From positions 1-42,947 of the IMG/VR virus record IMGVR_UViG_3300048878_000193: a stretch of 42,947 bases of DNA. The stretch is one strand, 5' to 3'. The translations under genes and the position numbers were made by a program. Origin of the DNA: a virus. Taxonomy: Duplodnaviria > Caudoviricetes. Under the pieces are notes generated by a model. The model saw only the letters and a program-made list of their open reading frames with translations, was not told where the DNA came from and did not search any database. Positions 26,748 through 36,120 of this stretch are shown in pieces (position 1 is the stretch's first letter; the number at the start of each line of letters is the position of its first letter).

Positions 26748-27698
26748 TTAGTCCTTCCTAGAGAGCTTCGCCGCCCTCGCAATCAGCGCGAGTAACCTAC
26801 TGTACGCCTTGTCCAGCTTTGTTCTGGCCCTCGATGGTGTGCCGGTAGACAGGTCGCCGTCCCAGACGAACACAAAGCACAGAGCAACCACGAAAAGCAC
26901 CCCGACTAAGAGTGACGGTACAAGTACCAGAACGACGGCGGCTCGCCGCAAGATTCCGACCAGCACCGCTTTGATTCTACGGATCACAAGTCTCCCCTTT
27001 CCAGGCTGGGCCAGCCATGCAAGCAGCAACCCAACCTCGTACAAAATTATGATGGGTATGGCGACCATCAATTGGTTCACGATATCAAACGTCGGAGTAA
27101 TTATTGCAGAGAGAATAATGGCTACGGGCGGGACGAACTTCCGCACTCGTCTGAACCGCTGGTACGAAATGAGTCGCAGCTTCGCCAGTAGGAACATCAA
27201 GAGCGGCAACTCGAAGATCACTCCGAGCCAGAATAAAAGGACGATAGCCAGACCCAGATACTCAGATATCCTGATGGTGGGTACGGCGATGCCCTCCCCA
27301 AAGTGCAGCAGAAATGCAATCCCCACCGGCAGCATCACGTAATATGCGAACGACACCCCAGCGAGGTAGCACAGGAGGATCGCTGGCAGGAAAAGGGCAA
27401 CAAGCCGTCGCTCGTGCCGGGAGATTAACGGGCTCACCAGGTAGAAAATAGTGAGTACGAGAACGGGGATCGCGAGGACCACGCCGCCCGTTAGCGACAG
27501 GCGTATGGTCACAGACAGAATCTCAGTCGGCGAGGTATATATGGGCAGCCCATAATGGGGAGAGAGCTGGCCGTCAGCCGGGGCGATTAACCAACCGAAA
27601 ATCACGACGCGGAAATACCACGTAAGGCCAGCGCCGACCCCGAACGCTAAGAATGTCCCGAGAAGTCCGAACCGGACTCTACGGGCGAACCGCCTCAT
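26748..27698 (-). CDS. tatC: TatC (twin-arginine translocase) homolog, divergent
   Basis: YTSPTE, P...ERR, FAYYVMLP, GVIFELP, AIITPTFD..NQ..VAIPIIILYE; six TatC-like TM helices plus an extra C-terminal hydrophobic segment. Confidence 0.92.
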   Translation of the reverse strand: MRRFARRVRFGLLGTFLAFGVGAGLTWYFRVVIFGWLIAPADGQLSPHYGLPIYTSPTEILSVTIRLSLTGGVVLAIPVLVLTIFYLVSPLISRHERRLVALFLPAILLCYLAGVSFAYYVMLPVGIAFLLHFGEGIAVPTIRISEYLGLAIVLLFWLGVIFELPLLMFLLAKLRLISYQRFRRVRKFVPPVAIILSAIITPTFDIVNQLMVAIPIIILYEVGLLLAWLAQPGKGRLVIRRIKAVLVGILRRAAVVLVLVPSLLVGVLFVVALCFVFVWDGDLSTGTPSRARTKLDKAYSRLLALIARAAKLSRKD

Positions 27699-27700
27699 CT

Positions 27701-27868
27701 TTAGGAGGCTGCTTTAGCCTTCTTTGCGACCGTCTCTACGGCAGCAGCCACCGGAGAGTTACTGGAGCTACGAGCGCGGTTTGTCGCGACCCGCCAGAGC
27801 CAACTTCCACCGCCCAGCATGATGACAATGGCACCAACAGCGATTGCACCGAGCATCCATTCATTCAT
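27701..27868 (-). CDS. 55-aa single-TM protein, TatA-like topology (below track cutoff)
   Basis: MNEWMLGAIAVGAIVIMLGGGSWLWRVATNRARSSSNSPVAAAVETVAKKAKAAS; AGGAG RBS; ends 2 bp before tatC. Confidence 0.7.
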   Translation of the reverse strand: MNEWMLGAIAVGAIVIMLGGGSWLWRVATNRARSSSNSPVAAAVETVAKKAKAAS

Positions 27869-27886
27869 ATCTGTCTCTCCTGAAAC

Positions 27887-28150
27887 TTATTTCCGTTCAC
27901 GTTTCGTGTTGGTGATGGAGTCTAACTGATCCTCAATAGCAACAGAACCTCGCTGGAACTTTCGCACGAGTGAGGTGAACTTGCCCATTCCCGACTGCGT
28001 TGTAACCGCCGTCACCGTGCTGACAAAAAATATGGGTCGGATAACACTCATCACGCCACTGGATACCCCGCCCAAGAGGAACTCTAAGATACGGACTACG
28101 ACGATCCCACCCAGTACGCCCCCAAGCAAGGGGCCAAGCAGCCATCCCAT
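27887..28150 (-). CDS. Small membrane protein, possibly TatA/B-like or holin-like
   Basis: Gly-rich hydrophobic N-terminus, then amphipathic GKFTSLVRKFQRG and a charged tail; AAGGAG RBS. Confidence 0.7.
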   Translation of the reverse strand: MGWLLGPLLGGVLGGIVVVRILEFLLGGVSSGVMSVIRPIFFVSTVTAVTTQSGMGKFTSLVRKFQRGSVAIEDQLDSITNTKRERK

Positions 28151-28153
28151 AAG

Positions 28154-28393
28154 TTACTCCTTCGGCGGTCGCTTCTCTTTGTCTCCAGCGAGGGCGCCAA
28201 AAAATCCTTCGAGCGCAGCGAATCCACGGCTCGTAACGGTCGCTATCCCTGCGGCCCTGGCGTTGTCCACAATACCGATAAACCGATCCTTCACATCGTT
28301 GAGGGACATGAGGGCTTCCTCTGCTACCTCAACGATCGCTTCCTTTTCCTCGACCTTCTCTTCCACCGGCTCCGGTGTCTTGTTCTCGCTCAC
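28154..28393 (-). CDS. Hypothetical protein
   Basis: Acidic N-terminus, amphipathic C-terminus, operon packing. Confidence 0.7.
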   Translation of the reverse strand: MSENKTPEPVEEKVEEKEAIVEVAEEALMSLNDVKDRFIGIVDNARAAGIATVTSRGFAALEGFFGALAGDKEKRPPKE

Positions 28394-28405
28394 TTTGTCA
28401 GCCCC

Positions 28406-28609
28406 TTACGACGTTGTAAAACTGTCCGCAGTCTCTGGCTCAAAATCAGACGAGTCCTTCTGGCAGTCACATGCAGGAGCAGCTTCCGCAGCCGCTTCCA
28501 GTTCGTCTACCCGGCGGCTCAATGCCGCTGCGGATACAGCCTGTGCGAACGCAGGACTCGCGCTTAGTACGGTATTGATGTCTGCCATTTCGATTGCTAC
28601 TTCTGCCAT
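28406..28609 (-). CDS. Small helical hypothetical protein
   Basis: AGGAG RBS, operon packing. Confidence 0.7.
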   Translation of the reverse strand: MAEVAIEMADINTVLSASPAFAQAVSAAALSRRVDELEAAAEAAPACDCQKDSSDFEPETADSFTTS

Positions 28610-28618
28610 AGATATCTC

Positions 28619-29020
28619 CTATTCGGGTGGGGGGAGAGTATGTACCGTTCTATTCACCCACGATGTTGAGCCTTCGTCCCAATCGTAGCTTACAAACTCA
28701 GTTGGGTTATCGGCATCGTCAGCCCCCACATCGCTGGGTAATGCAACAGGGGCATCCCATTCCCATGTAGAAGTATTTAACACCCACGATGGGTAAGGCT
28801 CAGGACGATAAAAGACATCGTTAGTTGCATCATAGGTATAGCTTATGCCAGCGTACCTGACTCTCGCACCATCATCGAAGGTCTGAACCCAGTTAGTATC
28901 ATCACCGAGTAATGCCTTGCAGAAAGCGATACCTGCTGCTTCGTTAGCGGCATCACCATCAGCAACCACTATTACATTGGTAACAATATTGCTGCCATTT
29001 ATCTGTGCGAAATAAGCCAT
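28619..29020 (-). CDS. Tail-fibre-associated conserved phage protein
   Basis: MAYFAQI...WVQT...YAGI.YTYD...PYPSW.LN...WDE, a pattern recalled downstream of Gly-rich tail proteins. Confidence 0.75.
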   Translation of the reverse strand: MAYFAQINGSNIVTNVIVVADGDAANEAAGIAFCKALLGDDTNWVQTFDDGARVRYAGISYTYDATNDVFYRPEPYPSWVLNTSTWEWDAPVALPSDVGADDADNPTEFVSYDWDEGSTSWVNRTVHTLPPPE

Positions 29021-30063
29021 TATTGAAACTGATACTTAATAATTACTACGGAAGCAGAACCGTTGCCACCGGCCATATACCCGGCTGCTGGGTAAAACCA
29101 CGCAGGTGCATAGAAACCAATTCCACCACCGCCTCCACCATAGCCAACTCCGTTCCCGCTACCGCCGCCGCCTCCTGAACCGTTATTGAAGGCCCGACCG
29201 TAGGCTCCCCACATTCCACCGTTGGGAAGTCCTCCGTCGTGGGGACCAGATGCTGACCAACCAGAAAATTGACCGTTGCCACCACCTCCGCCACCACGCG
29301 CATACGCTACGGAACTGCCTGATATTGAATTAGATGTGGCTGCTCCACCTGTACCACCTGAGTAAGAAGAGTTTCCCGAAGTTCCCTGTGCGCCAGCGCC
29401 TCCTGCTCCGCCACCTCCACTCGATCCATAGTTACCGGACCCATTACTCCCACCGGCGTTCCCATAAGTCCCACCGGCTCCACCACTGGAATTGTCATAA
29501 GTACCACCGCCTCCAGACGCATTTCCATTAGCCGATCCGTTTCCGCCTTGTGCGTATCCGCCGCCACCACCACCATTAGAAGTTATGGAGGACATTACGG
29601 CATCACTTCCATTGCTTCCCGGTGATGGGCCACCAGTAGCCGGACCTCCTGCTCCACCAGCACCAATCGTGATCGCAAAACTTGCCGCAGCAAAAGAAAA
29701 ACCTGATGCGGCTCGGTAGGCTCCTGCACCTCCGCCACCGCAAGACCCTTGTCTACCACTGTGTCCGCCACCTCCAGCGCCTCCGCCAACGACTAGGTAC
29801 TCAGCAGTTCCCGGTGACGATACAGCAAAGGTCGCAGAACTTGTAAACGTATGAATCTTGTAGTCACCGGAAGTAACAATAGAACCGCCTGTTGCAGCCA
29901 TGAACGTAACGTCGGAAGTGCCGTAGAAATCGGAAGCCTTAATCTCGCCACTTCCGGGGAGTGTTGACTTGCCGTAATACTCAGCGAGTGTGATCGGGTA
30001 TGAACCACCAAACTCAGTCTGGAAGTCCGACCACTGTAATTCACCTGATGATGGAACAGGCAT
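29020..30063 (-). CDS. Glycine-rich tail/receptor-binding protein
   Basis: Start MPVPSSG after GGAGG; ATGG...YKIHTFTSS...YLVVGGG, poly-Gly, terminal SVVIIKY. Confidence 0.85.
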   Translation of the reverse strand: MPVPSSGELQWSDFQTEFGGSYPITLAEYYGKSTLPGSGEIKASDFYGTSDVTFMAATGGSIVTSGDYKIHTFTSSATFAVSSPGTAEYLVVGGGAGGGGHSGRQGSCGGGGAGAYRAASGFSFAAASFAITIGAGGAGGPATGGPSPGSNGSDAVMSSITSNGGGGGGYAQGGNGSANGNASGGGGTYDNSSGGAGGTYGNAGGSNGSGNYGSSGGGGAGGAGAQGTSGNSSYSGGTGGAATSNSISGSSVAYARGGGGGGNGQFSGWSASGPHDGGLPNGGMWGAYGRAFNNGSGGGGGSGNGVGYGGGGGGIGFYAPAWFYPAAGYMAGGNGSASVVIIKYQFQ

Positions 30064-30064
30064 A

Positions 30065-33000
30065 TTACTTAGCCTCCACCTTCTCGGTGAGTTCAATAAC
30101 GGCTGCGACAAGGAGTCCGACTACCCCGTCGTAGTTCAGGTTCAGGTGAGTGCCAGTATTGTCTCCCATGTTAGGAGCTTCCTTGACCAACTCAGGCAAG
30201 ATAGCTTGTACGTCCTGGGCAATCAGCCCGGCGCTTGACCCACGTTCAGCATCCTTCCAATCAAACGTGACTCCCTCTAGGGTCAACACCTTATCCAGTG
30301 CGTTCTCTATGGGCTGAATGTTTGTCTTTAGCTTGCGGTCAGATGAAGTAGTAGTTGAGAAGGCATACACATCGCCGTCGAAGTGGCCGACACCGCCAGC
30401 AAGGAACGCTATTTCATGGTCTACGTTTGCAATCTGGAAACGAATCTCGTTGTCAGTTGTGAAGTAGATCGTGTTATCGGCATCCCTGCCTACGTGCAAC
30501 GATGTGCTGTACATAGAGGTTATGCCGGTCTGTCCTGAATCGACGCTCAGACTATGTGCAATACCCTCTCCGCTTGTTGCACCTGATGAGGTAAGTCCTG
30601 TACCCGCAGTAACAGTCCCAACGTAATTCCCGGTAGTGTGGGTAGTAAGTGCGATCAGGTTATCAAGGCTTGTCGCCCCTGTACCACCTTGCGCCACCGC
30701 TACGGTATCGCCTTCCCACGTACCCGAAGCGATAGTGCCAACAGCATCAATGCTGCTTTCGATAGCAGCCGCTACCTCCGCTGCACTTAACCCCTCGACA
30801 GCCGTACCGTTTATCCGCAGGAAATCGGCGTTTGCAACGCTGGCTGCGTACTGAGCGATGTCATGCTCGGCGATGCCCGTAGCTACTTGCAGCTCACCGA
30901 GAACAAACTCTAGTCCACCGCTGGCAACTAGATCAACGGCTATGGCATCAGTGGCTACGGTGATACCGTCTCCGCCAATTACATCAAGCGTGGCATCCCC
31001 TGTCGTAGCCCCTCCAGTCATACCTGCACCTGCCACCACGCTGGTTATGTCACCAGTGACAGCCGCAGCCCATGTGGGGTCTGAACCTGAACCTCCAGAT
31101 ATCAGCACATAACCGGCAGTACCCGCAGCCGTGACAGATACAGCAGCAGTCCCTGATCCAAGCATTACGCCGTGGTCAGTAAATGTTGATGCACCAGTAC
31201 CACCCTGAGCCACGGTTATGTCTGTGCCAGCAGCAACAGCCGCAAGAACTGACGAGTAAGCCTGAACATCAGACCCGATTGCAACACCCAGGTTGGTTCG
31301 GGACGTACCTGCATTGGCAACATCTGACAGGTTGCTCGTTGACAACAAGTCGCCACCACCACTATCAAGAGTGGCATCTGAAATAGCTGTGTTCAACTGG
31401 GCAAGAGTAAATGCGCCTAGTGACGTTGCATTTCCTGACGAAGTAATGTGGCCTGTCAGATTTGCGTTGGTCGTGACATTCCCAGCGGTCAGTGATGCCG
31501 CTGTCCCTGTCAGGTTAGTCGCTACACCGCTGGACGGAGTACCAAGAATAGGAGTTACAAAGGTTGGTGAGGTAGCGAATACCGCTGCACCAGAACCCGT
31601 TTCGTCGGATAATGCCGACTTTAGTTGTAGTGATGTAAATGAGCCAAGCGAAGCAGCGTTACCTGATGAGGTGATGTGACCAGTAAGGTTTGCGTTAGTC
31701 GTTACGGTGTCAGCGTTACCCGTAACGTCACCAGTAATGTCGCCCTCAAACGCACTAGCAACCAGGGTTCCTAATGTGAAACCAGAGGTTGTATTTACTG
31801 TGGTTGTAGGTGCTGCGTGGCTACCTCCAGTTGTTGCAAACAACTTCCATTTATCTGAATCACTGGCATCTCTAAACAGCCCAGAATATTTAACGCCAGT
31901 AGCCGTATATTTGGCATAGAAACCAACATCAACACTGTCTGCGCCATTCCCTGTTGCCAAAGCGATCAAGGGATCTTCGACAGCTAGCGTTGCTGTATTA
32001 ACAGTTATCGTATCTCCGCTAACAATTAGATCCCCAGTGACAGTTACGTCAGCAGCAAGCGACAGGCCGGTTGAGTCAGTAATAACACCATCAGTTATTA
32101 CCGTGTTGCCAAGAGTGAAGTTGGTTGTAGCCGTAAGTACCGTTCCGGTAATAGCGGCAGCGTTGTTGATCGTGCCGAAGTTGCCCGTGATGGAGCCAGC
32201 GTCAAGTATCCCGACCGTCGTGAGAGACGACGTGACGACGGCTGTACCGAGAGTTGTGGCGTTCAGCACGTCCGTTCCAGCGATGGCGTAGGTATCAGTG
32301 GAGGCGATGTCCATGCCACCCGCGTCCCACGTACCAGAGGGGCCGGTGATAGTTCCCGTTGCGGTTAGCGCGTCAGAGCCGATGTCGATGGCACCGAACC
32401 CAGATGCGATAGAGCCAGAGAGAAGCGCACCGACCGTCGTCACAGACGTGGTAACTACATTCGAGGCCAGGGTTGTGCCACTGATGTCAGCCGCAGCGTT
32501 GACCGTGAGTGTTGCGTCGGGGAAGGTGATCGTGCGGTCTGCCGTCGGGTCGGTGATAGCGAACGATGTCTCGTGATCGTTGTCGCCCCCGGCGTTAGCA
32601 CCCTCAAAGATAAGAGGCGTGGCTCCCTGCAAGGTGGCTCCGATTGTCAACGTATCGGCAGCGGCGTCACCTAGTATCAGGCTCCCGTTAAGAGTCGTAG
32701 TCCCGTTGAGAACCGTAGCGCCAGTCACAGTAACATCGCCACCGACAGTCAGGTCGTCTGCAACGGCGACGGTAGACGTGCCGTGTCCTAATGTTACGGT
32801 TGAGCCTGAAATGCCCGTGCCGATAGATACAGACTCACTACTGTTAGCAGTATCAATAATGAGGTAGGCATCGGAGCCTTGCAGGATCTGAAAAGCTGTT
32901 GCGGAGTTGTCGGCAACCTTGAGACTTCCTGCGTCGGTGAGAGTGATGTCCCCCTCAAGGAACAGGTCTTGCCATGCGAATGACGCAGAGCCCAGGTCAT

Positions 33001-33394
33001 GGGTATCGTCTAACGCGGGTAGTAAAGCGCCACCAGCCGTGACAATGCCATCTTTGATTAAAACGCCGTCGATCGTCACGCCGGACCCGGACGTGTGTTC
33101 GTAGATCGTATCGACTTTCATTTCGGTGATGATGTCCAGATTCGTCAACTGGAGCTCATTCCGAGCGTCGATTATGTACTTCTTCGTGCCTTCCGTGACG
33201 ACAACGAGCCAAACCTTCGTGATGTCCTGGGTACTGAACGCCCATAGGCCATCAGAGTCGGTCGTGGTTGTGGCCGTGGTTGATCCCGCAGCTTCCCATG
33301 TAGCAGCTTCGTATAGTGAGACAGTCAAGCCGACTTTAGGGGCTCCGCCTCCGTCAATTACTTTTCCGCCTAGTTCAACTGAACCTGCTGCCAT
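30065..33394 (-). CDS. Tail fibre/spike with C-terminal peptidase S74 intramolecular chaperone
   Basis: 1109 aa T/G/A/S-rich; SDRKLKTNI...GLIAQDV...LNYDGVVGLLV. Confidence 0.9.
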   Translation of the reverse strand: MAAGSVELGGKVIDGGGAPKVGLTVSLYEAATWEAAGSTTATTTTDSDGLWAFSTQDITKVWLVVVTEGTKKYIIDARNELQLTNLDIITEMKVDTIYEHTSGSGVTIDGVLIKDGIVTAGGALLPALDDTHDLGSASFAWQDLFLEGDITLTDAGSLKVADNSATAFQILQGSDAYLIIDTANSSESVSIGTGISGSTVTLGHGTSTVAVADDLTVGGDVTVTGATVLNGTTTLNGSLILGDAAADTLTIGATLQGATPLIFEGANAGGDNDHETSFAITDPTADRTITFPDATLTVNAAADISGTTLASNVVTTSVTTVGALLSGSIASGFGAIDIGSDALTATGTITGPSGTWDAGGMDIASTDTYAIAGTDVLNATTLGTAVVTSSLTTVGILDAGSITGNFGTINNAAAITGTVLTATTNFTLGNTVITDGVITDSTGLSLAADVTVTGDLIVSGDTITVNTATLAVEDPLIALATGNGADSVDVGFYAKYTATGVKYSGLFRDASDSDKWKLFATTGGSHAAPTTTVNTTSGFTLGTLVASAFEGDITGDVTGNADTVTTNANLTGHITSSGNAASLGSFTSLQLKSALSDETGSGAAVFATSPTFVTPILGTPSSGVATNLTGTAASLTAGNVTTNANLTGHITSSGNATSLGAFTLAQLNTAISDATLDSGGGDLLSTSNLSDVANAGTSRTNLGVAIGSDVQAYSSVLAAVAAGTDITVAQGGTGASTFTDHGVMLGSGTAAVSVTAAGTAGYVLISGGSGSDPTWAAAVTGDITSVVAGAGMTGGATTGDATLDVIGGDGITVATDAIAVDLVASGGLEFVLGELQVATGIAEHDIAQYAASVANADFLRINGTAVEGLSAAEVAAAIESSIDAVGTIASGTWEGDTVAVAQGGTGATSLDNLIALTTHTTGNYVGTVTAGTGLTSSGATSGEGIAHSLSVDSGQTGITSMYSTSLHVGRDADNTIYFTTDNEIRFQIANVDHEIAFLAGGVGHFDGDVYAFSTTTSSDRKLKTNIQPIENALDKVLTLEGVTFDWKDAERGSSAGLIAQDVQAILPELVKEAPNMGDNTGTHLNLNYDGVVGLLVAAVIELTEKVEAK

Positions 33395-33404
33395 GAGTGT
33401 TCTC

Positions 33405-35306
33405 CTATGGGGCTAACAACAGCAAATCATACACGCCTTGAGAATAGCGACCGCCAAACTCAACGCCTTCGTATTCCTGCACGCGCACACGGAATGTTTC
33501 GGACTCTCCGGCGTTCATAAACGCGAATTGCCCAAGCGTCTTAGTTAAGTTGGCAGTTTTGAGCGCAGCCCTGCGACTCTTTCCGGTGCTGTTCCGGTAG
33601 TTTCGCTGGGCATCTACTCGAACGCGGTAGCCGTATACCGGATCCCGCTGTTTCAAATACTCCAACCGGGCGTAACGAAGGTCTGGTGAGAGCGTATTTG
33701 AACCGCTATATAGTTCAACTTTGAATTGGATCGAATCGAACTCCGCACCGGCTTCGTCCTCAAAGTCCATCGAGAACTCACCATCGGCATCTATCTGGCC
33801 GTCCGTGTACGTGTCACTCGTCATTTTCGTCCACGTCGTATCGGCATTGATTCGGTAGTAAATAATCACATACTCAGTCGTAGTGCAGTTTTCTACACGG
33901 CCTCGTACTCGTCGGGCGGTCTTGCTCGTAGTGGCCTTATCTGCATCGAACCGAGACGTAAGGTGTTCGCCACCTCGGGCAGCATCAAATAGAAAGCCGT
34001 CGATCTCTAGCGGATTATTGATGTCACGTTGAAGTGAAATGTACTTCATCGTCTCTTCGATCCCGAACCAGAGACGGTAGAACCCATCAGAAGTTGAGAC
34101 AGCCATACATTTTGCTGGCAAGCCGGCCGTATCAGCCGTATAGATCACAGACCAGGCTCCGTCACGGTTAGGGTCGTTTAGCGGCGGGACACGTCTGTAA
34201 CGGGCAACCAAAGAGGCGCCTACGTTGTCGTAGATCTGTACGTCACCTGACGTGAATCCCTGGCTACCCGGGAAAAGATTCTGAGTGTCGGCCGAAGTAG
34301 CGTCAACGAGGTTATAGAGCTCACGGTGGCCGGGAACGAGTGCAATCGTATTCCCACGCTGCGCTTCAGGAGTACCGTCGTCTCGGTCAAGACCGACATC
34401 GATAACACGGCGATCACCCGGACGATACTTGTTGATCTTCATGCCGCTGGGGATGTACGTTGCATCCTCGAACTGTGTTGAGCCCTGACCGCCAAACTCG
34501 TGCTGCGGCCAAGTCAACTGAGTCGCAAGCCATTTGTTGCCGTCGAAGTCCAGCCCGAACGTGCCAAACTGCGTATTCATGTAAATGATTAGGTCGCCGG
34601 CAGCGTTCTCACCTACGAATAGGCCAGTGAATGAAGCAGTCGGCAAATCCGTTGTTGCGCTGGCATACCAGGTGGCACCTTCATCATGGGTCCACTCAAA
34701 GGTGCCGTCATTCGCAAGTCTGAAGAGTTTATCGTCCCACTCAACGAAGAACCTCGCAGCCTTCGCTGATCCCGCGAGAGTTGCCCCGGTCGTCAAAGTT
34801 GATCCGTCGTAACGGTTGAAGTCGGTGCCGCTGGCGAAATAAATCTTGTTCTTGTGAAGAATCACATCAGTCGGGACTTGGACAAGAGCGCCGATGCTAG
34901 TTCCCCAGGATGCCGAACCTTCGGACCATTGGTGCAAAGCAGTCCCGAACGCACAGTATTGAGCGTTGACGTACTCGATCGTGACTTCTGGCTCTGAGTC
35001 AGACGTGGGATTGGTAGTGCTTGTAACTAGCGCACCGAGCAACAAGTGGCCGTTGGTCTGGATCCAGCAGGTTGAGAAGAAACACCGATCAGTGTCCCTT
35101 TTTTCCAGCATTTCTAATACGCCGATGCCACCGGTCTGATTGCCGACGAACACCCACGTCGAGTCAACTACCGAGTCCTCTTTGGAGATATCACCAGTGA
35201 CCTGTTTCTCGGCGAAATCAGGAATACGGACGGACTTAACGGTCCCGATCATCGGGTACCGCGTGCCGAATAGCGAGATCTCGTTAGGGCGGTGGACTGT
35301 GACCAT
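33405..35306 (-). CDS. Probable tail nozzle / tubular protein B
   Basis: 633 aa beta-rich, between adaptor and fibre; call is positional. Confidence 0.6.
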   Translation of the reverse strand: MVTVHRPNEISLFGTRYPMIGTVKSVRIPDFAEKQVTGDISKEDSVVDSTWVFVGNQTGGIGVLEMLEKRDTDRCFFSTCWIQTNGHLLLGALVTSTTNPTSDSEPEVTIEYVNAQYCAFGTALHQWSEGSASWGTSIGALVQVPTDVILHKNKIYFASGTDFNRYDGSTLTTGATLAGSAKAARFFVEWDDKLFRLANDGTFEWTHDEGATWYASATTDLPTASFTGLFVGENAAGDLIIYMNTQFGTFGLDFDGNKWLATQLTWPQHEFGGQGSTQFEDATYIPSGMKINKYRPGDRRVIDVGLDRDDGTPEAQRGNTIALVPGHRELYNLVDATSADTQNLFPGSQGFTSGDVQIYDNVGASLVARYRRVPPLNDPNRDGAWSVIYTADTAGLPAKCMAVSTSDGFYRLWFGIEETMKYISLQRDINNPLEIDGFLFDAARGGEHLTSRFDADKATTSKTARRVRGRVENCTTTEYVIIYYRINADTTWTKMTSDTYTDGQIDADGEFSMDFEDEAGAEFDSIQFKVELYSGSNTLSPDLRYARLEYLKQRDPVYGYRVRVDAQRNYRNSTGKSRRAALKTANLTKTLGQFAFMNAGESETFRVRVQEYEGVEFGGRYSQGVYDLLLLAP

Positions 35307-36118
35307 TAAATGTCACGCCCACGGGGAGTTATCGAGATCCGACCAAGCAATCCTTCGGCCATAGATTGTGCGAGTAGCATCTGAGTACGATGCTCTTCCG
35401 CGTCGGCGCCCTCACCCCGAATCCTGCTCTGATGCAGGAACGCTTTGGCCTGTTGAACCATGAATGTCGGATTGACGTTGCACACGTCGGCATCCAGAAT
35501 CAGGCGATCAGGTCGCTTTTGACCCACTAGACGCAACTTACGGCCGGTAGTGAGATTTACATAGTTATCATCCAGCCAGAGTTTCGGTGACGGTCCTCTG
35601 ATGATGTCCCAGTGTCGATACGGGAGCGGATCGTCCTGCGAGCTGAACCGGCCAGCATTAGCCGACTCGTGGTAGACGCTCTCAAGGTGCTGAAATTTTG
35701 GAGGAAGATTATATTCGTAGACGTTCGCCACGATTAGGAGCGTTTCGTCAAAGAGATCTTCCAGCGCCAGCGTTCCGACCATATCGAGAGCCGAGTTCAT
35801 GGAGGCGATGAGCTCTTCGGCCTCAAACTCCATCGACAGGTAGAACAAGTCGGTGGTATCTACGGCTTCTTCTTCGTCCAGCGCCGGGATGAAGTCGACC
35901 TGGCCGTTGTCACCATTAAAGCTCGACACGTCAAACGACGTATCTCGGTGTTTACCATCGTAGAAGCGGCCGTACCAATCGTCATAGTAGCCATCAGACC
36001 GGCGCGTGAGAGGTGTGGATATAAATGAGGATTGGCCCCCGCCACTTGGCGTGCCGAGAACCTGCTCGCCCATCGCTTTGGCGAGGTCTGCACAAAGTAG
36101 CCCGAGGGTACGTCCCAC
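35306..36118 (-). CDS. Probable head-tail adaptor / tubular protein A
   Basis: 270 aa, YEYNLP motif, position. Confidence 0.55.
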   Translation of the reverse strand: MGRTLGLLCADLAKAMGEQVLGTPSGGGQSSFISTPLTRRSDGYYDDWYGRFYDGKHRDTSFDVSSFNGDNGQVDFIPALDEEEAVDTTDLFYLSMEFEAEELIASMNSALDMVGTLALEDLFDETLLIVANVYEYNLPPKFQHLESVYHESANAGRFSSQDDPLPYRHWDIIRGPSPKLWLDDNYVNLTTGRKLRLVGQKRPDRLILDADVCNVNPTFMVQQAKAFLHQSRIRGEGADAEEHRTQMLLAQSMAEGLLGRISITPRGRDI

Positions 36119-36120
36119 AG

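Noticed and set aside
27975-28688. 237-aa plus-strand ORF and similar antisense ORFs (e.g. 11169-11912, 21544-22227, 22656-23156)
   Set aside because: Antisense to well-packed genes that have RBSs; low-complexity translations with no motifs
30064-30111. Track start MSQPLLNSPRRWRL as a twin-arginine signal on the Gly-rich protein
   Set aside because: It overlaps the upstream gene and has no hydrophobic h-region; the ATG at 30063 has a good RBS
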